NCBI GenBank assembly: GCA_030264375.1
Contig: JASCQW010000119.1
Coordinates: 6,700,277 to 6,761,980 of the forward strand
Reading direction: 5' to 3'
DNA: 61,704 nucleotides
Source: Carcharhinus longimanus
Taxonomy: Eukaryota
Below are positions 11,601-26,600 of this stretch, one piece after another. Position 1 is the first letter of the stretch, and the number at the start of each line of letters is the position of its first letter. A program made the position numbers and the translations under genes. Below the pieces are notes generated by a model. The model was given only the letters and a program-made list of their open reading frames with translations, did not search any database and was not told where the DNA came from.

Positions 11601-14600
11601 AGTTATCCAAAGGAAAACAAAATCTTATTTGAATGGTTGAGAGTTGACAGAGCTAGTTCTTCAGCGAGAGAATGGTACATATGCACTTTTACTGACAGCA
11701 AGTGTGAAGGTGCAGTGGCACAGTAGATAAACAAAGCTGCCCCATAGCGCGGGTGTCCTAGGTTTAATTCCAACCTAGGGCTATCGACTGTGTGGTGTTT
11801 ACATTGTCTCCCTGTATCCGAGTGGTTTTCCTCTGAGTGGTCCGATTTCCTCCCACAGTTCAAAGATTTGTGGATTAGGTTGATTGACCATGCTAAAATG
11901 AACCTTGTCTCAGGGGAATAAGCAGGGTAGGTATGTAGGATTATGGAATAGAGCCTAAGATTGTAGTCGGAACAGGCTTGATTGGCCGAATGGACTGCCT
12001 CTGGATTATGGGAATTCCATGATTCTCTGTCCAGCGACAGGTAGAGAAGGCTAATTGTATATTTCATAGCGAGAGCATTTAAGTACAGGAAGAAAAAATG
12101 TTTTACTGTAACCATATGTGACATTGTTGTGGGAACACCTGTGTTGTAGATAAAATAATTCCTCTGAGACAGTGAGTCAAAATACAATGCGTCTTATTCC
12201 AAAGCTTTAGGGAGAACCTGCCTCCGATTAAGGCTTACCAGACTTCTCATAGAACACAAGCACAAGTGGACATTTATACATTATGAGCTCCAGCAGGAAT
12301 CACGATTCAAAGTTCCAATTCATGCCAGGCCTCCAGNNNNNNNNNNTACAGTCCTGCAGGCAGGACGCAGAAAATTCCTTCTGCAGTAAAACCGGCATCC
12401 CTTCTTTGAAGTTACATGTGCGATCGTGGCTGTCCCTGCAGGACTCTTCCTGTTAAAAGCCGGTATCGTGATCTACCATCAGCAGCTGTTAAAAGCCGGT
12501 ATCGTAAACTACCATCTGTGTAACGATTTCCACTAATACAAACAGGTAAGATTTGCAAAGTCTGCAAAATAACTGTCACGTTTAACTGTGAGCTGTTATA
12601 AAAGTTTCACATATTTTAACATGAACAAATGACTTATATTACTGCCAGGAACAGTATAAGCTTAAGGAGATCAGTCTTGAGGAAGGGTTATGTCTGTGAC
12701 ATATTCTAGATACAAAATCCATTAACCCTTTCTCTTCAGGAACAAAATGCATTCATCCTTTTCCCTACTTCACCTGGATTACCGTGCAGTTTTTGTGTCA
12801 TCATCAGAGGAAGGATATGTTGGCTATAGTGTGAATGAATCGATGGTTCAATAGGCTGATTCGTAGCATGTAGATCTGTCATACGAGGAAAAACTTACCC
12901 GGTTAGAATTATGTTCAATGGATGTTTTAAGGGTGAAAACGGATTTCATTGAAAATTAGAAATTTCGAACAGTGTTCGAAAGGGTAGATTCTAAAAAGAA
13001 TATTCCCAATGGTGTGTGAGTACAGAACTCGAAATTTACATTTGCGGAGACGTTAGAACTGATGTGAGTAGAAATGCCTTCACCGACAGGGTGGTGAATG
13101 AATCGAGCCCACTACCACATGAAGTAGTTGAGGCGACAGCGTTGTCTCATTTTAAGAAGAAACTAGGCTTAGATTTTGGGGTTAAATGGACCAAGGGATA
13201 TCGGGGGAAGAGAGAATCATAACCTCCAATTCGATGATCAGCTGTGCTCAAATTAGTTGGGAAGCAGGCTCAAGGGGCCTCAAAAGCTCAAACGGCCGAA
13301 CGGTATACTCCAACTTTAGTTTCTACCTTTCTGTGTTTAGATTTTTACCTTTACTCATGCCACTAACTGCGAAAATCATTTGTCAATATTTTGCATAGTC
13401 AGGCGCCAGCCAGGTTTAATCGACAATCCTTTGTGCAGAATTCACCGTTGATGTACGAATTTGCAATCGGTTTTCAATGTTTCTATCGTCTTGAGCAAAT
13501 AACGATAAAGCTTCATCACCCTGAGTTGTATCATGAGTTTGTTAAATTCAGGTCCAATTCTTAAATGTTGTCCGGCATACAAGCTGTTACCTACTCTCCA
13601 CTGCCTCCCCCACCCCAACTCTGCGCCCCACCACCCGGCCCTTCCTCTGATCGCCCCAAGAACACAATGCCTGGCCAGCTCGCGCCACTGCATCTCCATG
13701 GCCCCCAACACGCTGAAGGAATTACAGCAGAGAATCAGTGTCACTATTGACTAAGCGTTATTCTGAAGAATGTCCTCGGCAAGAAGTGCAGAAACCTATT
13801 GCCATTATGTGTACAGTAATATCTCACTGGAAAAAATGGCGAACTGCTACAGGCAGTATTGAGTTGTGTGTGTGTGTGGCTGCTGACTTGAGGCCGGGAG
13901 GGCAGTGGATGTAATGGCCTGGAACACGCAGTTTGCGCTCTTGACATGCCCACAACTTGCCATGCACATTTTTGTAAATATGGCATCAGTACATGTTGAT
14001 ATGACAGGCTAGGCAAGAAATTTTAGATCCAACGCTAAATACTCAATTAAAAACGTCATCTTTTATTGTCCGCGGCTCGGGTAAAGGTTAAACAAAACAC
14101 ATCTACTCGTCCACTGTTTTGGAATTCCACAGGCACCCTCATTTCCACTCAACACTGAGTTAATTTAACTATTAATCTAAATCTATCTGCTGCATATTTG
14201 GCACATCAGCAAACAGTCTGCGTTAATGCAGTAATATTCGGATGAAATCTTTGGCAGTAATTATCAACATCACGTGCAACATGGATAAACTCTTTCCCCA
14301 ATGTTTCTCGGATCAGAGGGCATTTGTTTTGGCTTCCAAAATTACAGTACTGATGTCATCTAATTTTAAAAAATAAATAATACAATTGCGCTGCAAATTT
14401 TATTTCCATTCCATAAACAGAACAAACGGGAGTGTCATGTCAGTCAGTACATATATTTGTGACACACATTGCACCATTTGGTTGCATCGAAAGTTACCTG
14501 TTTCTAAATTGTTGTTTCACAGCTTAACGTACGGAGGCAAGTTTCGATTTGCTGAACCCCTCAAGTTTCATAGATGAAATGTATGGAAATAAAATGTTTT

Positions 14601-17600
14601 TTTAAACACGTATGTCTGTGCGTAAGTCTGTTCTTGCATGAATATGTGAGCTTGTGAGCATGGACGTATGTGTTGATTTATATGTGTGCGCGTATTTCTG
14701 AACGTGCACGACTGTATCAGGCAACAATAAAGAGATATGGTGAGATACAGAAGGAGACTGAGAGACAGTTGCGAGTTTACTATTTGCAGGTTTATCAAGT
14801 GGTATTTGTTTCACTTTAGAGTTAAATTATTTTCAGTTATTACATTAATTTTAATCACTGCCGAGTTTACCGATGTATGCGATGTTTTTTTTTTACCTTA
14901 ATTTGTCGTCCCCTCAATGTTTGCATTATGTCTTTTTTCGAGTACTATTTTAGAAATACGCTGTTACTTAATATAAAAAATATTGATTTCTGAAGCAAAA
15001 TGTCTACCTCAGACATAGGTTCACTCTTTCTGCGCGCGCATGTATTTGTGTATGAGTGCACGCACGCACGCACACACACACACACAGGGACGAAAATAAT
15101 TTATCAACAATGAGTGATTTGACGTGTTGATTTGCCAAACATTTCAGGAGATGAAGTGCAAAACGAAGTAACATATAAAAGAACGCTGCAATATAAATGT
15201 TAACATTGTAATTTGTGAGTCGCTTTTGGAATTGCGCAAGAAGACTCACGCAGGTAGACATTTCAGAATTTCTTTTCCGTCTCGGCACAATGTTCTTTTT
15301 CAAAGATCAATGCACTGAATTGTATTCAGCTAATTCAAATATGCACTTAAATGCGTTTTACCTGATCTGTTCATTTTATCTAGTAGAAGTTCGAATTGTA
15401 ACTCATTACTTGAAAGAATACATCATGTCTTACTGCGAATTATCCACATATATCGTTCCCAATGTATTTCAATTATTTTTGTTGAGAATTGACTTCGTGA
15501 AAATCATTCTGTAAGGTTGTGGCAAAAGAATCATCACCATAGTCATTGATTGAAACAACACAGGAAAACGTGATCGAGTTAATTTCACTTCAACCATGTG
15601 AATGCATAATACAAGGTCGCCTCTAATACAAGGTCAGGTAAAAGCAACTAATGTTCCAAATTCCGATCACACTCTTTTTAGCTTGAATGAATTTTCGCGG
15701 AATAGTTATCATCACCACGTTAAGAGCACAGTAGCAGACACCGTTAGTTTACGGTATCTAATCTTAGTGATGTCCATTATAATTTAAATGACAATGACTT
15801 CCCAATCTAGTGGACAGCCGACAAACACATGCCTGAGCGTGAATCCACGGCTGTCTTTTGGTTTTTACTTTTCCATAAAATGTTCAGAATCTCTGCCCAG
15901 GCAGAGGATCCAGACATGGAGGAGCAATAGCGACAGGAGCAAATGGCGATGCAAAGTTGAGCTGCAGACCTATTCAATTTCACGTCAGCAGTTGAAGGAT
16001 GCCGACCAGTGAATTGTAACATGCGAGATGGAAATGGTATGTTACTATGTGTGTTTGAACGAAACAGTTCATTGTTTTAATAATAAAAAAAGTTTAATTA
16101 AATGCACAAGAATATGGAAAAAATGGAATCCGATCAAAGAAAACCAGGATGGATTACATGGTAACGATATGTGTTTGCTGATTTTGTTTCTTTCGCGAAC
16201 GTAAAATTGCAGAAAACGCGATTGCTACGCTTTCATAAAAATGATTCAGCTCTGATGTGTTCAGAAAGCAAATAACTGGAACTAAGGTGAAGGTTAACGC
16301 CACATTTGAAGATTGATGCGGTCAGTCTTCGTAGTTCTGCTTTTGGAGATTTCAATATCGGATTTGTTGCGTGATTGTGAGTTTGTTGCGGTTGCATTTT
16401 CTGCATCAGTAGCTCACGATGCAGTATCCGATATGAATTACTTTCAATCATCATCCTACGTTGTGAGTAAAAAAAAAATCCAGGCAATGTTTTACAATGT
16501 CAAAACCAAGATTGCACAGAAAACACGTGACAGAACATCACACGCAACGATGAAGACATCCAGGAAGCATATAATCTGTCTTGTGGAATTTCAAATTCCG
16601 AATTTGCAATGGTGTGTCATATTATGGCGAATGCAGCTGTCACTTCCTGATACATTGTCAAAAAAACACAAGCCACAATTGAGTTGTCTTCTGTAAAGTC
16701 ATTAAAAAAAATCATGATTTGTACAGCGTTGTATCCACCAAGTCCATATGCTTTGCTCTTGCTTACAATTGATATTGGTTTTTCTTCCTGTCCTATGTCA
16801 ATTAATAATGTCTAAAGACACATATGGGGTGAAGTGGACCACTCAATAAAAATCTGCCCTGAGCGCAGTTCCAATAACAAACAGAACAATTCGAGAACGT
16901 CCATAAAACAAAAAAAAAATCAGCAGTCTTCTAGAATCATCACACCTCCTTTAAATGATATTGTATGCATCATACATTGATGCAGGATGCAGACACGTGG
17001 AAATTGGCTCAGCTCCACAATTCCAAGGAAAAATAGAGATGGACAACAAATGTTGATCGAATTATTAACACAAATCCACAGAAAAATGACAATATAATTT
17101 AGAACCTGCTACAATTATGATAAATCATAGATCCCTTCATAGGATACCCGTTTTGGAACCCGCAAATGAGAAATGCCATGTCACATTTGCTCTCCAAGTA
17201 TATCTGCTTCCGCAAATAGATCTGATTAACGGAATCGTAAAAGTTCTGGAGGATGCGTAAAGTATTTCGCAACTACATAACGTAACATACATGCCTGAAA
17301 TATAGTCATAGCATGATACCTGCGAATTGCATCAGGTTATATTAACTGCGCACACGAGAATTCCTCAATGAGATGGTTATATGAGCACACAAAGAAAGAC
17401 GCTGACATACAAAGGAAAGGACATCATCTGAATTCTATTTTACTTTGGGTAGAATGTGCGCATCGTTGGTCAGTTCCGTTATTATCCACTATGAAAGCAC
17501 TTAGTATTGGTCGCTGGTAGGAACCATTTTGAAACGCGTGGTTTAAGTACAACCTTAGAATAGAAATTTCAGTATTCGGACTGAGTGACAGTAAAGGAGT

Positions 17601-20600
17601 GTAAAGAAACCTCGAATTCATNNNNNNNNNNNNNNNNNNNNNNNNNNNNNNNNNNNNNNNNNNNNNNNNNNNNNNNNNNNNNNNNNNNNNNNNNNNNNNN
17701 NNNNNNNNNNNNNNNNNNNNNNNNNNNNNNNNNNNNNNNNNNNNNNNNNNNNNNNNNNNNNNNNNNNNNNNNNNNNNNNNNNNNNNNNNNNNNNNNNNNN
17801 NNNNNNNNNNNNNNNNNNNNNNNNNNNNNNNNNNNNNNNNNNNNNNNNNNNNNNNNNNNNNNNNNNNNNNNNNNNNNNNNNNNNNNNNNNNNNNNNNNNN
17901 NNNNNNNNNNNNNNNNNNNNNNNNNNNNNNNNNNNNNNNNNNNNNNNNNNNNNNNNNNNNNNNNNNNNNNNNNNNNNNNNNNNNATCCTGCTGCAACGGA
18001 AAGGCAAGCAGTGCCAGAACACAGAATTGTTCTCTTCCATCTTCTCCCCACGGCAAAAAAAAGTACAGAAGGGTAAGGGCACATCCCAAACAACTCAAAA
18101 TCGCTTCTTCCTTGCTGCCATCAGAATGTTGAATGGAATTACCTCGCATTCAGTTGCTATAACTCAGCACGTCAAATACGACTATCACCCTACATTCTGC
18201 ACTCGTTTCCGTCCCTATGTTTCGTAAGTTTTGTCTGCACAACACACAAGAAACGAAAATTTTCATTGCATAGCCTCCTCCCGGGAAGCTGCTCGGAGAG
18301 GTTGTGGTAGCAGAAACGATTCTGACATCTAAAGGGTGTCTAGAAGAAATAAACGATTAGGATGAAAATATAAATATATGACCCCTGGAAGGATAAGAGG
18401 TTTCGGTTCAGTCGGGCAGGAAGGTCGGTGCAGGCTTGAAGGACGGAAGACCCTATTCCTGTGCTGTAGTTTTCTTTGTTTTTTTTTTCATTCGTAATAT
18501 ATGTGACAAAAAAAAAACGAAAAGGTACATGGCTTCAATTTTTGTTCACTTTTTGAATGATCACCATTCTTACTATATTGTCTGTAAGTTATCATGAGTG
18601 ATACTTTCAAAGGAAGTCGACGGAATATTGCTGTAACTTTTCCATCAGGCATGGCCATTGTTTCTCACTTATGTTTCCTGTGTGTTTGCTTGCTGGGCTT
18701 GATAGAAAAAATACGGTTAATGTTTTGGGATGTGAATCAGTCTATCGGAAGTAGATTTAAACATTGGTTTGTTGGTTTTCTACAAGTCCTCTGGCAGAGA
18801 GTAGTGAATGAGAGCTCAACGAAGTTATATACGTCCAACTCTAATATTATACACCTCAGGTTGTATCTGTATATGCACCATCATCTTTCACGTATTTTTC
18901 CAATTCTTTTTGAAAGAAAAAATAAGAAAGGTGTGGAGATTAAGGCTATTTGGTCTCAACATGTGTTTGCATGGGGTACATATGTCGTGGCCAGAGTTCA
19001 GTTTTTCGTAATTGTCAATAATCTAACGGAAGGAAAATGTGATTTTGCTGAGCAGGATCAGTTTATGCGTTGGTATGGCATCTTCAATCCTCGGTTCATC
19101 TTTCTCTTTGCATCGAATCTGAATAAGTCATAATCGTTTCAAAATAAATTATCACTTTTAATTAGAGGGAGTAGGAGCAATGTATGCCATCGTGTAGTCT
19201 GAGACTTTCATATTCTCCACCCAGAAGGTCCTTGGAGGGAACATCGGCCTTGTTTACGAGGCTAAGAAACGCAGCTGCATGGCTGTCAGGAGAGGTTAAG
19301 TTTGGAGGAATGTGAATGAATTTGGAGTTGTCTCCAATTTTCAAAGGACATTGAGCCTCTTGATTATAAAAGCTTGCACATCAACCGCAAAGTATAAATG
19401 TATTGAATTTGTTTGTTCATAAATTGTAATTATGTATAATACATACAATTTCCGTTTCGAATTTTCCGTTAATGTAATGCTTTTGATTACCTGCATTCGA
19501 TGCACGTAACTCTACTTCTGAAGGAAAATAATGATGTTTTCAATACAGTTGAGAATGGCTATTTCAGAACGCAGCCTGAGCTAATGTTCGTTTCCGTAAG
19601 AACACAGGTCCCCACCCAACGGCACGGTTCATTTTATTTTCTTTAACCTTGAAAATGTGCTTTCGTCAATTTGGCGTCAAGTAATATTTAACGCTTTCAC
19701 ATTTACGCTGCATCATGCCGCATTGGGCAAGTGAGTTCTAATTTACAAAACAAAAGGTAGTCTATGACTCTTCTGCATCGCCATGTAAACACACTCCTTA
19801 GTCATGTCTCCCTCATGTGCAGGAAACAGGCAGCTTTACATAAATAAATGTTCCTAGAAGTCGTTATATTCGTAAAGGACTGTATTTTCACATTTTGCAA
19901 GGAGAAATCTTAGAAAAAAAACGAATAAACAACAGACCTCCGAACAGTTTCCTTTGCTTACTTACAAATAACGTTAACAATCAATGTTTGATTTATGACG
20001 AAAACAAATGTATATAAGATACACGTTTACAAACATTGTGTCAATGTTAAGCACTTTTGCCATGGCCTGACATCAGCTGACAGCAACATACGCAGAAACT
20101 TTAAATTATAAATTAGAGTACAATTGAAAATATTCATCACTATTTCTCATTGAGTCCGGGAGAAAACATTAAATGTGGTTAGACGTTGTTGTTAACTAAA
20201 AAACAACGTCCACAGGGCTATTTCCGAACAGAGTAAACGTTTATTTTTTTTTAGAATGAAAGGATAAACATTGCATTAATAGATACAACCAACCAGAAAT
20301 TATTGCAAATTCACGGGATATTTTGGCAGGAGATCGCAGTGATTAGCACAATAGTCTCACAGTGCCATGTACCCGGTTTCGATTCCTGGCTTGGATCACT
20401 GCCAGTGCAGAGTTTGCACATTCTCCCCATGTTTGCGTAAGTTTCCTGCACATTTTCGGGTTTCCTCCCACAGAAAGACCGGCTTGTTAGCTGCAATGGC
20501 CACGCTAAATTCTCCCTCGGTGTAGCCGAACAGGCGCCACAGTGCGGCGAACAGTGGACTTTAACAGTAACGTCATTGTTGTGTAAATGTAAGTCGAGTT

Positions 20601-23600
20601 GTGGCATTAGTAAACAAACTTAAGTAAAACAATTTCATGTAGGGGATATTTTGCCAGAGGGAGAGGCAAAGGGGAAATTATGACTTTGTTATTGATTTTA
20701 TGAATATTCAGCGTTTTGCTGTTAACAGTCATAGATAAAGTTTTCACCAAGGGGGAAATAATGTTTACCAATATTAAAATTGTATCTGCTGTTCACAATT
20801 GAAAATAAATGGAGGGTACACGGCGTCCATTGCAGAGCCTTGTGGACAAATAAAAAAAATGCAGGGAACGCATTTTTAGTTGGAGAGGTCACTCCAAATG
20901 CTGTGATTGTAAACAAATCTACTGGACTTTAAACTAGTGTCCTGAGAGCTCTTACTGTACCCATCCCAGTTCAAGGCTGACAACTCCACATCTATTCCAG
21001 AGGAACAAAGCCGACCTGCACTTTTCCTATAACTCTTAACGAAACAGATTGACAGAATTAATCAGAAACATTCACCCATGCCAATCATTCATCCATGTTG
21101 TTATCAAACTTTCAACATAGTGCTCCTTTTTTTCAAAACTCGGTCATCCATTGGAAGTATATGGCTTGGCAAGATTCGTCCATATTATTTTGGGACAATG
21201 CTCCAAAAACACATTGCATCCATGCTTGCACTTTTCTTTGAGCTTGGTGCGAAGTGTGATTACTGGCATAGCAATTACGAAGGGTGCAGCAGACATTTAC
21301 TAAAGAGGTTAAAGTGAGGGTCGGAAATCCAGGAATTGAAATATGAAATAATGATTATCCATTGTATTCAGTGAATGAAAATAATGTTTTCTGAAGACAA
21401 ACCATTGCTTTGATATGTTCCGCCAAAATTCTGGTAATGCAGCTTTTACACCCGGCTGTTGTAGGTTCAGAGTATGCATTGGGGAAATATATCTCAGTTT
21501 TACTGAAATAGACAGGCACACCTCGTTTGAAATTCATCTCGTGCGATTGATATTCTTATCAAATTCAACAGGATGAATCATCACTTAAATAATAAAAAAG
21601 TGGCAGATTAGTCATTAAATACTATGCTCCAAAGGAGACTTTCCCCATCACAACCTGAGTCACTTCAACTTGAAATATATTAAATAATGTGCTAAGCATG
21701 ACGAAAACATCATCTCGCTCAATGATTTCTTTTACCCGCATATTTCAGGTCTGCTTTCAGACTGCCAATTTCTGAAATGAAATTTCATGCGTAAAAGTAT
21801 CAGATCGTGAAAATGTATTCCATGTAAACAATTGAGCAATTGGTACAGTTCGTCGCTGTCAAAACAAAGGGATTGTAATTCGCATTCCAATACAACACCA
21901 CCCGGTTGCGTGCATTTGCAATAGCATCAAAAATACGTAATGTTCAGCTAACGCGATGGTTTGCAATTTCCCAGCAAGGAAAAATATCTCCCTCAGTGCA
22001 TTAATTAAAATATTTTCACAACACTGTTTTCGAAACTTAGTGGAAACACGATTTTGGAGGAGACTGTCGGGCCTTTGACGCATGGTTACCAAATGACTTT
22101 ACTGTTCTTTAAATGTGATACTTTATACAATTTATCTGTTAATTAATCAACGAATCAGTGTGGACACAGCAACATATACATTTGTTGACCCTGGTTCTGC
22201 AGTTTGTTTTGAGAGGGTTGCCAAACATATTCATGATTTAAAGCATGACTCTCCATTTTATTTTCAAATACCTGCCAAACATTTTTTGAATGAATCTATA
22301 AGTGTCATCAAAAATCTTCCAGTCAATATATGCTGGAACATGATAAACGCGATATTAATATTAAGTAAATGCCTTCCTCCTATTAGTTTTGAAATTAATA
22401 TCATTATGCATTTGCTAAATATTATTCTCCGAATGGAATGAATAAACATCCGTTTATGCAGCCAAACATGATTGGTGCTGCGCAGCTCTTTTAATTCGCA
22501 GCTTGTTTTTTTTTTAAGATACAAACACAGATATTGGAGTTTCTCCGCCTAATTTGAACTCACAAATCAGTGGTTCAATTCAAATCATTCCCTTGCTGCT
22601 TCTATAATGCATTCTTCATTTTGCATAGAACTAATGAAAAATCAAAACTCACTAAAATCTAAATTGCATATCTTATTATTTTTGGTTGTCTTATTTCTAT
22701 TTCAAATGGTATTGCTATATTGACATTGCACGTAAATACATAAAATAGCATTTATGCAATGGTGGAATAGAATCAGCATGTTATAGTTTTGTACATCGAT
22801 TAATAGAATATTGTTGGCCTTTTGGGCCAACACTGAAATTATCTCATTGATTTTAGTGATTTCATATTTATTCTTGCGTTTATATTTCATCAACACAATT
22901 TCCGTCATTAGTCATGCACATAAGTTCAGCAATTGCACATTTGTGAGTATATGTAACGACAAAAAAGTTCAGGGGCATGCTTCTGAGAACGCATCATAAT
23001 TAATGTATTATTCTTCTACCGAATTACAGTCATATACTTAACTGAATGGCATTGACTGACATGCAAATAAATCGCATCCATCGAGCAGTATATTATCCTG
23101 GAAAATGTAAGCCCTGATAACATACACCAATAAAATACGTAATGCCCTGAAAAGACACTTCATACTTTGCTTACCTGCTAATGACCTAAATTATGGAAAT
23201 TGTGCCTTCATCACCAATATTTGTGGTTGGCACGGTGGCACAGTAGTTGGCAATGCTGCTTCACAGCTCCTGGGTCCTGGGTTTGATTTCCGGCTCGGGT
23301 TACTGTCTGGGTGGAGTTTGCACATTCTCCTCGTGTCTGCGTGGGTTTCCTCTGGGTACTCCAGTTTCCTACCACAGTCCAAAGATGTGCAGTTTGGCTT
23401 GATTGCCCTTGCTAAGAAATTGTTCCTTAGTGCCCAAGGATGTGTAGGTTAGGGGGATTAGTGGGTATAATATGTAGGGACATGATGCTAGGGCCTAGGT
23501 GGGCCCTATTGTTTGTGTTGGGTGCAGACGTGATGGGACGAATGGCCTCTTTCTGCACTGTAGTGTTCTATGGTTCGCAATCTAAATTATGTTCAAGAGT

Positions 23601-26600
23601 ATGTTGTTAACCTTATATTTAATAGAGATCCATGAATTTTGTGCGTAAGTGTGAATTACCTTTATCATTTTCAACGAGAGATTTCACTGCGGATAGATAT
23701 AAAGGTTATTAATGTTGGTCATATCCATGCAGCGTTGTTTTTTTTTGCAAAACAGTTCTTTTTCACGACTTGAATACGATTGCTGATAGTTATTTCAATC
23801 AAATAAATCTTATACCAACGTGCAATTGCAACGAAGGATCAAACTACATTATTAGTACAGATCAGGTAAGGAATAACAAACTTGATTGTTAACAAAAGAA
23901 GAAAAAGATAGAAGGGAGAAGAAGAAGAAGAAGAAGAAGAAGAAGAAGAAGAAGAAGAAGAAGAAGAAGACGCTGATAAGGCGAAGAAAACTCAGAAGAA
24001 AGGAATCAACAATATCAAAACAAAAACAACAGTGAAATGTATTATCTACAGGATGCCTGCAAGATCAATTTCCATATTTAGAACACATTCGTTTGTACCT
24101 AATTCCAATACACGTCTGCTAACATTTGTGATTGACTTTACTGATGCACAGCGAAGAGCAAAGAAAAATACACGATCGGCAGTTCGAAGACAGGTTGACA
24201 TCATATAATGCACTTCCGTCGTTAAACACCTTGAATGTGCCTATCATGAAACTATACTTGCTCGAGCCCGGCCCAAATCATGAGTAGTTAATAATACTTA
24301 ATGTTGACGTCTACTGTCGGAATCGATTTCCCATGCCAGGTATTCAGTTAGTGTTTGTTTTCAGCCTTGACTCCAGACAGAATAATTTGTTGTGCCGCAA
24401 GATTTAAAATTAACTTCCTTCGGGTGGATGCATTTGAGGTTTTCAGTGGACTGCATTTCCAGTTGGAAGAAACAGCAATAATATGAGCCGGATTGATACT
24501 CTAAAGGTATACAGTTCTGGTCACCCTAATATCGAATTGATATTATTGAACCGGAAAGACTACAGAAAAGATTTGCTAGGATGCTATCGGGACTTGATGG
24601 ATCGAGTTTTGAGAGTTTGAATAGAGCTGGACTTTTTCTCTAGGGCGCAGAATGCTTTGTGATGATTGTATCGCAGTCAATAGAATTAGGGGACACAGAT
24701 CAGCAAATTAGTCAGTATAGTTTCCAAAAGGTAGGGGAGTTTAAAATTAGAGGGTATAGGTTTAAGGTGAGATGGGAGAGATACAAAAGGATCCAGAGTG
24801 GCGGGTTTTTTTTCACATAGACTGTGGTGAGTGTCTGGAACAAGCTGCCGAAATTCGAAATTAGAAGAGTTGGCGGGTACAATTTTCACTTAAAAAAAAC
24901 AGTTAGATAGTTACATGGACATGATGGGTGCAGACGGATGTGGGCCAAATACGGGCAATTGACACGAGCTTAGAAGTTAAGGGAAGGAGCAGCATGAACA
25001 AATTGGGCCGAAGGGCCTGTTTCCCTTCTGTAAACCTCCACAATTTGATGTTTGAACAATTTTTATGTAATGCGCACGAAGCAAGATAACGAGAATGACC
25101 TTCACTACTTAGCAAATCGGACATTTCGTTACATATGAAATGCTCAATTGAATGCGTCAGTTGGCTTTCCAGCTAATATCATGAGGATATGAACAATTCT
25201 TGTTGTTACTGATGGAAATATTTTTCAACACGTCGTTCTCAACGTATCCATTAAAATGTTGTGTTTCTGTTACAAATATTGCATATAATTATTTGTTTGA
25301 CAACAGCAAAAAAAAAGTTGTAGGAAGCATACGCCAGTAGGGAGTATTAGAGCCCTAATATCCCTACTGGCATATGCTTTCTACAACTTTACAATACCCA
25401 TACCCCTCCCTTCCCCCCCCCCTACCACCACCAGCACCACCAGCCACCACCAGCCACCTCCCCCCCCCCCCCCCCCCCCCCCCCAATCCTCACTACCACG
25501 CTACGCAAATTAGTGGCTGGTGGCCTTACAGTTCTACAAGGACGAAAATGCTGTTTAACAAGCTATGCCACAACGGGAAACTTAAGGACTGCTTATGTGT
25601 TTTTTTTGTTCACGTCATTAGCATTAGGAACAGTCAATCGATGAGGATGACAATGATCCGTTCAATAATAAACCAACATCATAATTTTATTTTTTGGCTA
25701 TTTCTGTGGGGCATGACTTTTTCGACCTGAAGAACGTGATAAAGTTGCCTTGCTCTTCTAAGTAATATGACATGAGACAAACTGTTACATCTGAGTTTTT
25801 GAATCCAAAAGATGGCCTTTTTTTCCAGATTGAGATATTGAAGTCTCTTACACACTTGCATTTAGCTCAACTAATATCAGAAACAGATAATTTTATGCAA
25901 AACAATACATCTATTCTTCGTTATTGGGAAATGGGAAAATCATCTGCGACCCCACAAACTAAATGAGTCTGTTTGGAAAAGGGAAGTCTGGGACTCCCAT
26001 GCCATGGGCAGCACGGTCGCACAGGGATCAGCAGTGTTGCTTCAGAGCTCCAGGCAACTGGTTTTGATTCCCTGTCTGGTTCACTGTCTGTGTGGAATTT
26101 GCACGTTCTCCTCATGGCTGTGTGGGTTTCTTCCTGGTGCTCCGGTTTCCTTCCACAGTCCAAGGATGTGTGAGTTAAGTTGATTGGCTATGCTTAAAAA
26201 AAGACCTTTAGTGTTCTGAGATGTGTAGTTTAGAGGGATTAGTAGGTAGATATGGGGTAGGGCCTGGGTGGAATTGTGGTTGGTGCAGACTCAATGAGCC
26301 AAATGATCTCTTTCTGCATTCTAGGGTATCTATTTATGTTCCATTCAATTAAATGTCCATTAATCCAGAGCTATAGCATTTCGATTATAACTTCTACTTC
26401 TTTGGCGAAATAGAATAAGCAAAACAAACTGGAGCTGAGATAAACTATATTTCACAGGCATTCAACGGTGTGCGTCGGCTTACGAATTGTACCTACAGTC
26501 TATTGGATTTGATTTCTATGTTCTGAACATCTGAAAGTAAATTGGCCCAATATCTGCTGAAGACTAGAGTCTTTCACAAAGTCATTTCCACCAATTTCCT

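Larger units (their letters stand above)
10790..13320 (+). mobile_element. CR1 (HER1-like) LINE ORF2 RT to 3' end, interrupted by a SINE and a solo LTR
   Basis: [23 protein letters not shown]; KFADD (aaatttgcagatgat); 3' UTR ggccgaacggtatactcc. Confidence 0.9.

Noticed and set aside
15807-16490. Coding-looking stretches at about 15890-16035 and 16233-16460
   Set aside because: No frame is both open and bounded by credible splice sites in phase 1.
18594-19133. 179-aa plus-strand ORF
   Set aside because: No recognisable domain, composition typical of AT-rich noncoding DNA, and antisense to the microexon gene.
19162-19282. Acceptor followed by [39 protein letters not shown]
   Set aside because: Open only in phase 2; in the gene's phase 1 it stops after 9 codons, and I recognise no homologue.
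23175-23185. 11-nt AG..GT segment with strong donor cag|gtaagc
   Set aside because: Frame-shifting with no identified partner; it may be a remnant but is unsupported.
25374-25730. Proline-rich ORF
   Set aside because: Produced by poly-C low-complexity sequence.
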